Below are positions 48,986 to 59,195 of a stretch of 64,000 nt of DNA, one piece after another. The translations under genes and the position numbers were made by a program. The DNA lies in the NCBI RefSeq assembly GCF_000143415.4, contig NW_003314274.1, positions 686,806 to 750,805 of the forward strand. The letters are read 5' to 3'. How positions within the stretch are numbered: position 1 is the stretch's first letter; each line of letters opens with the position of its first letter. The notes beneath the pieces are model-generated. The model ran no database searches, was not told the origin of the DNA, and was given only the letters and a program-made list of their open reading frames with translations. Source of the stretch: Selaginella moellendorffii. Lineage: Eukaryota > Plantae > Lycopodiophyta.

Positions 48986-51900
48986 TCAAGAACGAGTGGA
49001 ACGAGGATGTGAACGAGAACGAAGAGGAGGATGAGATGAGCGGCGAGGGATGGGAGATGGAGAAAAAGAATGAGGACTGGGACGAGAAGGATAGCGGCGG
49101 TGGAAGTCCTGAACAAGGTCAGGAGAATGAATCAGGTTGTCCGCAGGTTCCCAAGTGCGTTCCTCAGGTCCGTAACCCTTCCAGTCCACCAGATAGTAGA
49201 GTTTAGATCGTGAAATCTTGGAATCAAGGATGTCCTGAACCTCGTACTCAGACCCATCCTCGAGCTGCACTGGTGGAGGCGGAGGAATGACCCGATTTGG
49301 AATAGGACTGGGAATATAAGGCTCAAGGAGAGAGGAGTGAAAAACGGGGTGAATTTGATATGAGGAGGGAAGTGCAAGGCGATAAGTGACAGGATTAATG
49401 ATGGCAGTGATAGGGAAAGGACCAAGGCGTTTGAAATCGAGTTTTGGACAGGGCCTGGTGGTGGAGATATTTCGCCTGAGGAGCCAGACTTTATCCCCGA
49501 TATTGTAAGGGGGACAATCCTGACGATGGACATTGGCAAATGTTTTATGAGATTCCTGAGCACGATGGAGGTGGAAGGAGATGGAGTTGTGGATTTCCTG
49601 AAGGTTGGAGAGAAATGATTCAGAGCGGGGATTTGAACGAGAGGATTCAGATGGAGAAGGAAGTGAGAGATTGAATCGGGGATTTCGGCCAGAGTTCGCA
49701 AAGAAGGGGGAAACTCGAAGAGAGGAGTGAACAGAGTTGTTATAGGAGAACTCAGCAAGGGGAAGGATATCGAACCAGTTATCCTGATGATAGTTGATGA
49801 AGCACCTCAAGAATTGTTCCAATGTCTGAATCGTTCGCTCGGACTGCCCATCAGTTTGAGGATGATATGCCGAAGAGAGGTTGGCCTTCACTCCAAGCAA
49901 CTGCAAAAACCGTTGCCAGAAATGAGAGATGAACTGAGGCCCCCGATCCGAAACCACATCTGTAGGAATCCCATGAAGTCGGAAAATTTCCCTGAATACC
50001 AGTTTTGCCATGTCCTCGCCCGAAAACTCCTTGGTACATGGCAAGAAGTGCGCCATCTTTGTGAAGCGATCCACCACGACTAAAATGCTGTTGAAGCCTC
50101 CAGAACTCGGAAGATCACTCAAGAAATCCATGGAGATGGATTCCCAAGGACCTGAAGGGACCGGAAGGGAACGAAGCAAACCTGAAGGAAGGTGGCGAGG
50201 TACCTTATGCCGGGCACAAGTGTCACAGGAGGTAACAAAAGCTTTGATGTAGTCGTCCATGTGAGGCCACCAAAAGTCCCGTGCAACTAGCTCATAGGTT
50301 TTCGCAATGCCGAAGTGACCAGCAGTCGGGCTATCGTGGCACGCCATCAGGATCAACCTTCGAGCATCACCTTCAGGAACGTAAAGCTGCTCCCCACGGT
50401 ACAATAAGCCATCTAAGAACTCGAACTCGTCAAATCGCCGGCAGTCGGGAGTCACTGGGTGTCCAGCCTGAAGATGGGGAAAAATGTCGCTAGCGAGATC
50501 ATCGGATTGAAGATCGTTTCTGATTGCATCCATCAAGGAGGAGTCCTGAGGGGCCAGGGAAATTGCCATAACTTGAAGCCGATCAGGACCGAGGATAACT
50601 TGATCCTGTTGATCGAAGGCAGGATTACCAGGCCTGAGACTGAGATAGGAGCGCCTTGAAAGAGCATCAGGAAGGCCTTGAAACTTTCCAGGTCTGTACT
50701 TGATAACAAAGTCAAACCGACTCAGGAATTGTGCCCACCTTGCTTGACGACGGCTTAAAACTCGGGAAGTGGCAAAGTACTCGAGATTTTTGTGATCCGT
50801 CCAGACTGTTGTTTGATGGCTCGCCCCCTCCAAGAAACGGCGCCACTCTCCAAAGGAATCCACGATGGCAAGAAGCTCCTTGTCGTGGATTTCGTAATTG
50901 ATCTCCGCAGGCTGGAATTTCCGAGAATGGAAAGCGACCGGATGAAGTTCGTGATCCGCTCCGAGTTGAGATAGCACAGCACCAATGGCAAAGTCGGAGG
51001 CGTCAGCCTCGATGAAGAAAGGTTGTGAGGAATCAGCATGGATCAAGACAGGAGCAGAACTGAAGGCCGCCTTGAGTGTGTCGAAAGCCTGCTGGGCAGC
51101 AGCAGACCAAGAGAAGGGAACATCCTTGCGAGTGAGATGTGTGAGAGGAAGGACAATGTCAGAGTAGTGATCAATGAATTTGCGGTAGAAGTTGGCGAAG
51201 CCAAGGAAAACCTGAACGTCTGACATTGATTGTGGAGGCTCCCATTCGAGAATAGTCTTGACTTTTGCAGGATCCATCGTGATACCCTCAGGAGTGACAA
51301 TGTACCCAAGGAACTCCACAGACTGCTGATCAAAGGAACATTTCTCAAGCTTCGCGTATAGGCCGTGTTCTCGCAGCTTCGCTAGCACCTTGCAAACATG
51401 TTCGTCATGCTCCTCCTGAGTTTTTGAGTAGATGAGGATGTCATCGAGGTAGACGATCACCATCTGATCAAGAAACTCCCGAAAAACGTCGTTCGCCATG
51501 TGTTGGAAAACCGCTGGAGCATTTGTCAAGCCAAATGGCATGACAGTGTACTCGAAGTGGCCATAGCGTGTTCGGAACGCAGTCTTCCATTCATCACCAG
51601 GCCGGATCCAGATCAGGTTGTATGCTCCACGGAGGTCAATCTTGGTGAAGAAGCGGGCACCGCCGAGGCGTTCCAACAGGTCCGAGATCAGGGGCAGTGG
51701 ATAACGGTTCCGAACAGTCACCTTGTTCAAACCTTGGTAGTCGATGACTAGCCGCAAGCTCCCATCCTTCTTCTTGACAAAGAAGACAGGCGCTCCAGCC
51801 GGGGACTGCGAATGCTGAATGTAGCCCGAGGCAAGGTTCTCATCCACGTACTCTTTGAGGGCCTTAAGCTCGGACGGGGATAACCCGTAGATAGGCCCCC

Positions 51901-52759
51901 ACGGAGGTGACGCTCCTTCCTGTAAATCAATGGGACAATCATAAGGCCGATGAACAGGCAGTACACTAGCTTTTTTCTTGTCAAACACATCCCCAAAATC
52001 ATGATACTTCTCAGGAAGACTGACAGGAGAAACATGCAAAGCAAAAAGAAAAAGAGGTTCTTCATGAAGGAGTTCTTTCATAGTGATTGTGGAGATAGGA
52101 GGAGGAGTACGACTAAATGGAATGATGAGACGAGGATACTGTCCAGTGTAATATGGAAGAGAGAAAAAAGAAGAGGATGAAAACTGCGTAGAGTCAGGAA
52201 CAGAACCCCGACTTGAGTTTAGGGAACTTTTCCTGATTCGGACTCGATGAACACCAGGGGAAGCCGTGGGAGATGGTGATGTGGGAGAGATGAGCTGTAA
52301 GTCCTTCCAACAAATCTGAGGCTGATGTAGTTGGAACCAAGGAAGACCAAGCACCACAGAGGAAGACTTGCTGTTGATGATGTTGAAGGCGATATCGGTG
52401 ATGGTGGACCCGATGTGTACTCGAACGGGCAACGTTTCCCTAAGTCCAGAAGATGGAGACACAAAATGCCCGCCGATGCCTTCAACCCTCAGATCCCGTA
52501 TGGTAGGAGAAAGAGGAACGTGATGTCGGGCAGCAAAGTCCGTGTCCATGAAGCAGGAAGTTGCACCCGAGTCCAGTAGCGCCAAAGCCTTGAGTCCTGA
52601 TTGTCCGGTGAAAGAAAGGAGACATGGGACGCGGAAGTTGCGGGAATTGGTGGTGGCTTTGATGAAAGGTGGTGAGGAGCTTGATAAGGAAGAAAAGTGA
52701 TTTTTATTTGGGGAGTCCAAACAGACAGCTCCTACTCTGTTTGGACAGGGTCGTTTCCC
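48986..52759 (-). CDS. pol: Pol polyprotein (PR-RT-RNaseH-IN-chromodomain), predicted to be expressed by -1 frameshift from gag
   Basis: LLDSGAT, YLDDILIYS, EADASDFAIG/TDHKNL, HHCC zinc finger, SMDF/SDRG/SER (DDE), LGPF, and chromodomain YEVQDILDS..YLVDWKGYGPEERTWEP. Confidence 0.96.
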   Translation of the reverse strand, partial: GKRPCPNRVGAVCLDSPNKNHFSSLSSSSPPFIKATTNSRNFRVPCLLSFTGQSGLKALALLDSGATSCFMDTDFAARHHVPLSPTIRDLRVEGIGGHFVSPSSGLRETLPVRVHIGSTITDIAFNIINSKSSSVVLGLPWFQLHQPQICWKDLQLISPTSPSPTASPGVHRVRIRKSSLNSSRGSVPDSTQFSSSSFFSLPYYTGQYPRLIIPFSRTPPPISTITMKELLHEEPLFLFALHVSPVSLPEKYHDFGDVFDKKKASVLPVHRPYDCPIDLQEGASPPWGPIYGLSPSELKALKEYVDENLASGYIQHSQSPAGAPVFFVKKKDGSLRLVIDYQGLNKVTVRNRYPLPLISDLLERLGGARFFTKIDLRGAYNLIWIRPGDEWKTAFRTRYGHFEYTVMPFGLTNAPAVFQHMANDVFREFLDQMVIVYLDDILIYSKTQEEHDEHVCKVLAKLREHGLYAKLEKCSFDQQSVEFLGYIVTPEGITMDPAKVKTILEWEPPQSMSDVQVFLGFANFYRKFIDHYSDIVLPLTHLTRKDVPFSWSAAAQQAFDTLKAAFSSAPVLIHADSSQPFFIEADASDFAIGAVLSQLGADHELHPVAFHSRKFQPAEINYEIHDKELLAIVDSFGEWRRFLEGASHQTTVWTDHKNLEYFATSRVLSRRQARWAQFLSRFDFVIKYRPGKFQGLPDALSRRSYLSLRPGNPAFDQQDQVILGPDRLQVMAISLAPQDSSLMDAIRNDLQSDDLASDIFPHLQAGHPVTPDCRRFDEFEFLDGLLYRGEQLYVPEGDARRLILMACHDSPTAGHFGIAKTYELVARDFWWPHMDDYIKAFVTSCDTCARHKVPRHLPSGLLRSLPVPSGPWESISMDFLSDLPSSGGFNSILVVVDRFTKMAHFLPCTKEFSGEDMAKLVFREIFRLHGIPTDVVSDRGPQFISHFWQRFLQLLGVKANLSSAYHPQTDGQSERTIQTLEQFLRCFINYHQDNWFDILPLAEFSYNNSVHSSLRVSPFFANSGRNPRFNLSLPSPSESSRSNPRSESFLSNLQEIHNSISFHLHRAQESHKTFANVHRQDCPPYNIGDKVWLLRRNISTTRPCPKLDFKRLGPFPITAIINPVTYRLALPSSYQIHPVFHSSLLEPYIPSPIPNRVIPPPPPVQLEDGSEYEVQDILDSKISRSKLYYLVDWKGYGPEERTWEPADNLIHSPDLVQDFHRRYPSRPSPHSFSPSPIPRRSSHPPLRSRSHPRSTRS
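52711..52759 (-). promoter_or_regulatory. -1 programmed ribosomal frameshift signal
   Basis: G GGA AAC in the gag frame, a 6-nt spacer, then a perfect 10-bp stem GTCCAAACAG/CTGTTTGGAC. Confidence 0.88.
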
Positions 52760-53703
52760 GACTGCAACAGTGGTGGACTTTGAGGCAGAGTGAACTCGAG
52801 CAATCGGGGAGGCTTCCTGGGACACACAGCTGCTTTGTGATTAGGATCAGCACAGTAGAGGCAAAGATTATGAGATATTCGACGTTGCCTCTCAGCAGGA
52901 CTCAACTTCCCTCTAATGAGTCGGGGAGTACCAGAAATATCCATCGGGACCGGAGCAGTAGGTTCAGGACTATGCCCCGAAGACTCAAGCTGGGATTCCT
53001 GAGTCTGGGACGGAAAAACAGCGGCGCGGCGACTTTCCTGACGACGTTCAAAGAGACGATTGTCACATCGAACAGCTTTGTTGATGGCGTCCGACAGGTC
53101 CTTGGGATCCTCCATGGTGAGCAACAAATCCTTGACACCGTTGTTGAGGCTGAAACGAAATTGGTCAATCAGGGCCCGCTCATCCCACTGAGTGTCCAAG
53201 GCAAGGAGTTGGAACTCTGCAGCGTAGATCGAGGCAGGACGAGACCCCTGAGAGAGACGTCTCATCTTTGTGGTAGCAGCCCGAACCCGATCCGTCTCGC
53301 CAAAACATGCTTCGAGCTTCTCTTTGAACAATTGAAGATCCATCAGCTCCGGAACCACGACCCCTTTCATGCTCTTCTCCAGAAGAGGAGAAAACCATGA
53401 CAAAGCTGCACCCTCGAGCAACGTCCCAATCGCGCCGATTTGAGACTCGGGAGTGGGGTACCGCCGATGTTGAAGTGCAAAGATCAGCTCCATTTGATTC
53501 AAAAGTCCACGAAGCTCCGAACGCTTGCCTGAAAATTTCGCCGGGAAACTCACCTTCGGTTCAGGAACTTTGCTGGATCCTTGAGCCGAAAGTGAAGCAA
53601 GCTCCTGCTGCATGCGAAGAAGGGTCGCCTTCAGCTCGGTATTCTCAGACTGGATTTTTGCAAGGACTTCGGCAAAGAAATCAGGATGGCTTGGAGACTC
53701 CAT
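52732..53703 (-). CDS. gag: Gag (retrotransposon gag domain plus CCHC zinc knuckle)
   Basis: PEPKVSFPAKFSGKR, LLEGAALSWF, LSQGSRPASIYAAEF, CLYCADPNHKAAVC. Confidence 0.95.
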   Translation of the reverse strand: MESPSHPDFFAEVLAKIQSENTELKATLLRMQQELASLSAQGSSKVPEPKVSFPAKFSGKRSELRGLLNQMELIFALQHRRYPTPESQIGAIGTLLEGAALSWFSPLLEKSMKGVVVPELMDLQLFKEKLEACFGETDRVRAATTKMRRLSQGSRPASIYAAEFQLLALDTQWDERALIDQFRFSLNNGVKDLLLTMEDPKDLSDAINKAVRCDNRLFERRQESRRAAVFPSQTQESQLESSGHSPEPTAPVPMDISGTPRLIRGKLSPAERQRRISHNLCLYCADPNHKAAVCPRKPPRLLEFTLPQSPPLLQSGNDPVQTE

Positions 53704-53785
53704 TGGCAAGAAGAAAGAAAAGAAAGGGGGGAAAAGACAAAGGCAATCAAATAATCAAAACAAGCTAAAAGAAAAGCAAAAAACT

Positions 53786-53903
53786 CAATCTGAATCAAAC
53801 TGTCAAGACCCCCAACAAGATCAAGACTGGAAAATGCTAAAGACAAAGAGAAAAAGCTAGTGAAAACAAAGAAGAAGCCTTAGACTGGTGTTGATTCAGA
53901 TTG
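53786..53903 (-). promoter_or_regulatory. Self-priming PBS and its complement at the predicted transcript 5' end
   Basis: A 13-nt perfect complement between 53786-53798 and 53891-53903. TATATATA starts 32 nt upstream of 53903. Confidence 0.8.
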
Positions 53904-56900
53904 TGGAGAAATGGAACAAGGCTAACCTATATATACTATAGGTTGATGAAGCTCCACCACTCTTGGATCGAGGACAGCCTAAATACAGCTGAGGTCGAGG
54001 AGGCGCCACATCATCCATCCCAGGACATGTTGGGCTCGAGACTCAGGAATCGGGAAGTGTCTCGAGAAGTCAGGAATAGGGAAGTGTCTCGAGAGTCAGG
54101 AAATAGAGAAGTGTCTCGAGAGTCAGGAATGTGGTCTGCAGGTCAGGAATCCGGCGAGAGTCAGGAATGTGGCAAGAATTGGGGGATTCCTGACAAGTGT
54201 AACGGCCACTTTTCTATACCAACTCTAGACTCTATCCAACTTAATTGCCTTAGCCTCAAAAGTCAGCATCCCTTTCGGGCTGCATTCAATAAACCAAAAA
54301 GCATTTAAACCTACTAAGATTTAAGCCAACCGAAGTCAACTCCAACCCCTTCACTAGTTTGTACTGGCTTTCGAAAAATGGAATGGTTTTCGGACAAAAT
54401 GATCAATAGATCAGCCATTGGAAAAGTCTAAGAAAATTTGTGGAAAATTTCCATCCTAGAGAAAGAATGACTCTCAGTCTAGGATTGCAAACTTTCAAGA
54501 CTCAACCAACTTCCTCCTACCAACAACTTCACATAGGTTCACCTCAACACAAATTCTCATGATCCAAGAATACGTCTAAGCATCGAACATCTTTGCCCAT
54601 CTAATCGATATCCAACATCGACACCCGTAAAGTGCAAAATGAACATCCAAAGCTTGATCACGAAGACCACATCTTCGGATATCCATATTGCACTAACGCT
54701 CTTCTTCAATCACCTTCAAGATCCAATGTGAAGCCAAAACACTAACAAGAAAAAATGACATGGAAAAATCAAGGTCCAAGGAAAATTCCTCATCACTTGA
54801 AATAACAATGCCACTTCCACTAACACAAGTGCTAGCAATGTTAATGCCTCAACTACACATCTTCTCCATCCAACAATCTACTCCAAGTGCTAACGGATCA
54901 ACCGATAAGCTATAGCAAATGAATGCTACAACCCTTTTCCAACACCTAATGGGCAAACTCAAGGAAACAAGGTACCAACTTAAGCTTAGCATAATGGACC
55001 ACTATAGAGAATCCAGTCAAAGCTACTACAATGCTACTTCGTGCAAGTAGACTAGCTTCTCCATCAACCACTTTGGGGTTGATCATCATTTACCCAAGCA
55101 ACTTCGTAAACACATTACTCTTTATCACATGGATATGATATAAGCATCACAATGACTTGATCATCAATTGAGTAACACAATGAGCAATGCCTATGTCATT
55201 ACTTCAAACGTTTATGTGAATATCAAATGCCAACTCGATTCGACAAAATGCAACATAAATGCCACACTCCACCAATAGAGGTTTACGACACCCAACACCA
55301 CTAACTTTTGTTCACAACACGGACAAGCTCATGCCACTCTCTTTCCGACCAAACTCAACACTAATCCAACACCAAGCTACTCAAGGAGCAATAGCAAGGT
55401 TCCCCGGAAAAGAATTGAGCATTGCAACCCAAGTCTTCCAATAGTGAGTCTAGACAAAAATGGTTTAGTGTTTCACCACTACCCATCCCATAACTCACCA
55501 CTTGTAAGACCATCACTTCCAACATGCATCAAGGTAGGGACTCTTGATTGCATAATGTGAACACAAGCAATGAGTTAACACCTCGTTGCAAATCATCTCT
55601 CCAAGAAGAGAAAATGATTTACGTATTTGATCCTTTGTCCCCAATGAGTCTCTTTCCGGCCTCATCTTTGACCAAACCTCAAACTTGCTTTCGCACTGCC
55701 TTCAGTTCAATCGAAGAAAAGTTTATAAGAGATCACGGCAATAATTACATGAACCAATAGACTATTCCCTACAGTCTTGATTGATCCACTTATAATCATG
55801 CCTAGGAAGGATCTACTAGTGCCATGCTAAACAGCTACGAACCAGCCTATTTGCCACTCATAGCAAACCCAGGGAGGTTTGCTTTCACCCATGGTACATG
55901 GAACAACTCATGGATCCACCGATAGGTTAACATTAATCCTGCCAACTCAAAGTGTAACCTCGAGTTGCTAATGCGCCTCACTCACGAGCCCAAGCGCAAA
56001 CTCGTGTAACAGAACAACTTAGTCCACCCTATGAGCCCAAGAGCAAGCTCACATATTATAGAACACAGAGGTAACCAAAACCTATCCCAAGGAACCAATG
56101 CGAAGTCTTTGCACCAAAACGTGTACCCACTCGGATCATCGTTTTCATCTCTGCGTATGCAACGAGACTAGTTGCCCAATCTCATTGGATAGTTCTCGCC
56201 GAGACTCATTCTCTGATACCAAATGTGGCGCACGTGGTTTTGACCCTTTATCCTATGGTGATTTACCATAGGATAACACCACGAAGCGGAACCTAAACCC
56301 TCTTTGTGCCACGTGACAGATGCCACGTGTCACATGCCACGTGTCCATAGGAACCCGAGGTTCAAGGCCTCGGGCCACTGAACGAAGGAACAGTGCCAAA
56401 CTCCCAAGCGTGACGCCAAGGAGTGATGGAACCGGACCACAGAGCAACTACCGAGCATATAGCCCAAGGAGCGAAGGGACAGGAGCCCAGAGCGACTTGG
56501 AACAGTCCTGGAGCAACCAGCATACCAATGCCAGGACCAGCACGCAAAACGGAGCCAAACGGAGTCTGGCGCTATTTCGGCATACCGGTGGCCTAACGTG
56601 AGGATATGGGTACTCCACCAGCTAGCATGGAATGGAACTTGGGCTTAGACCCAAGCCGGACGCAGAACAAGGACAGGCACGCAAGTGGGAGCTAGACTAT
56701 GCCTCAGGTTGGTCGGCCATGCCCGACCTACCCACTATCCCTACTATACATTTGGAACCCCCCATAGCCCCCCCCCCCTTGAGGAACACACGCTTTGGGC
56801 TTTCACCCCAAGCCTCCCTTAGTATCAGGAGTTAGTCTCTAGGACAAGCTCGAAACTTACTAAATATGGAATGTCCTTAGATTGCGAAATTGGACACGGG

Positions 56901-58229
56901 ACGAACACCATTGTGTTCAGGCCGATCTCTACATTCCGTAGATGTGCCAAATGAGCAAATCTGGACACTTTCCATAAATAGCATTTGGGACCGAAATGAG
57001 ACTAACACAAAGGGCATGATAGCGAGGGTGTTTGGCAGACACGGTAAGCTATCATGTAGCGATATTGAGGGACCAATCTCAATACGCGAGGGTTCTTGTC
57101 AAGCCAGTGCAAGACAGAGCAAAAGAGAACTAACAAGCCGGGCTGAGTATGCTCAGCTAAATAGACACTTAGGAATTCCTTCCTTATGCTCATCCGGCCA
57201 AGTACAGATGCAAAGTCCAGTTTACTAACACTTGAACAAGAGGGACTAATAAAGGGTCCAGCAATACCGACCTCCTGCCATCGTGGCAGTAAGGTAAGAG
57301 TGTCCGTAAGGACTGGCCGACAGGTAACTTTCGATACCTGAAGTCACATTCGCGACACGAATGAAAATATAAAACACTATAAATTTTATTTGTGTTAATA
57401 TTTCTTGGCCTCATATTTGATCCATGCAAAGAAAAAAAATTAAAATCTGAAGCTGAAGTAAAAAGAAATTTATATTTACTAATATCAAACTATGCGCAAA
57501 TGACATAATGTAATTGGTATTAAAAACACATCCATACCATGTGTGGCAATAAACTCAAATGTAGTATGTTGTCCCTTTCTGATATGATTGCCATTTGAAT
57601 TTATAACTAGAAAAAATACTATAAGAATTAATATTTGAGAAAGAAAAAATAAAAAATTTATGGATAACTTTTCTCACAATTTATTCTTACTTTAAAGACT
57701 TGTGCATGCTTGCCTCTTATAGATACTTAGATTCCCTCATTAGGTTGTGCTAGAATGCTCTTTTTTATTAAATTTTAATTGCTAAACACACAATTTGTAA
57801 CTATAAAGTTTGATGAAATCATGTTTTTTTTCTATAATAATGAAAGTGAAAAAGAAGACATACCAAAGTTTGACCACCCAACTTCCCCCTTTACAAGTGT
57901 TTGTAAGCACTTGCTTATATTTTCTTGGACTTGAACTTGCTTACATAATATGATATTTGAAAATTAAAAAGTATCATAGTTCTAGAATTATTAAAATGCT
58001 AAATTATCTTTCAACATAAAAGTCATTAATGAATTTCATAACTCAGAAAATAATATAACATTGAAACCATACCTTTAAATGTCACTTCACAATTTTAGCT
58101 TTACTTATATATAGCCCAGTGGTGGTCTAAATTATTAATTTAACATATTTTTATATTCAAATAAAATTTATTTTATTTAGTGGTTTTTGAATTTAACACT
58201 ATTTCCTCTTTCCTTATAAAGGGTAAAAT

Positions 58230-59195
58230 GTTTATTTTAGAATATTCAATGGTAATATAACACACTATATAAATTATATATTTGTGTGTGTGAATCAATA
58301 ATTATTTAAAGTTTATAATATATGATTTTTATAAAAGTTTGTTGAAGAAAAGGAAAAAATATTGTTATATACTTGCCACATCGATAATCCTTTGAGATAT
58401 AATATTTATATGAGTTTATGCCTAGGATTATGATTTTTATTTTAGAATATTAATATCACACACAATATAACTATATACTTGTGTGTGTACATCAATAATC
58501 ATTAAAAATTTGTTCTATATAACTTTTATAAAAGTTTATAACAAAATGAAAAGAAAAATAAATCGCTATACACTTGCTATAGTAATTATCATTTAAGATA
58601 TATCATTTGTACAAGTTTACGCTTAGGCTTGTGAGTTTTATTTTAGAATATTCAATGCTAATATCACAAACTATATAGACTATATAATTATGTATGTGCA
58701 TCAATAATCATTAAAAATTTATTTTATATGACTTTTATAAAAGTTTATAATAAAGAAAAGAAAAATACCTTCTATATCAATAATCATTTGAAATGTAAGA
58801 GTTTATGCTAAGCTTATGAATGAGGTATATCAGCAAGTTGAAGTTAAATTTGAGTTGGTAGGATTAATGTTTGCCTATCAGTGGTTACTATGAGTTCTAT
58901 ATTCCGTAGGTAAAAGTGAACCTTCCTTACAGTTGCTAATGCTTCTTTGTACTTATTTAGCACAATTACTAATGGATCCTTTCTAGTTATGATTATAAGT
59001 GGATCAATCAAGATTATAGAGATTAGTCTATTAGTTTAAGTAGTCAATGCCGTGTTATTATAAACTTTTTTTAGATTGGACTAAAGGTAGCGTGTGCATC
59101 AATAATCATTTAAAATTTATATTATATAAATTTTATAAAATGTTTTTAAAAAAATGAAAAAAATATATCATTATATACCTGCCACATTGATAATC
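58230..59195. repeat. AT-rich tandem array (~203-bp period, ~3.5 copies) interrupted by an inverted relic of the outer LTR element's leader
   Basis: Units start tttattttagaatatt at ~58231, ~58436 and ~58637. Segment ~58795-59093 aligns to the reverse complement of ~55690-56010. Confidence 0.8.

Larger units (their letters stand above)
48588..54195 (-). mobile_element. Intact Ty3/gypsy chromovirus (Tcn1/sushi-like) nested in the outer element; 5' LTR 53801-54195, 3' LTR 48588-48974; TSD AGTGT
   Basis: LTRs end TGTCA..TGACA. AGTGT occurs at 48583-48587 and 54196-54200. PPT GAGGAGGGGGTGC. gag and pol are uninterrupted. Confidence 0.97.
44472..57357 (-). mobile_element. Full-length, non-coding (decayed Ty3/gypsy-derived) LTR retroelement; 5' LTR 56224-57357, 3' LTR 44472-45618; TSD CGAAT
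   Basis: Both LTRs have TG..CA ends and are ~98.5% identical by eye. CGAAT flanks both ends (44467-44471 and 57358-57362). tRNA-iMet PBS TGGTATCAGAG (minus, 56221-56211). PPT AGGGGGGGAGAG next to 45619. RT remnant MLFGLLNAA (minus, 54304-54278). Confidence 0.93.
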
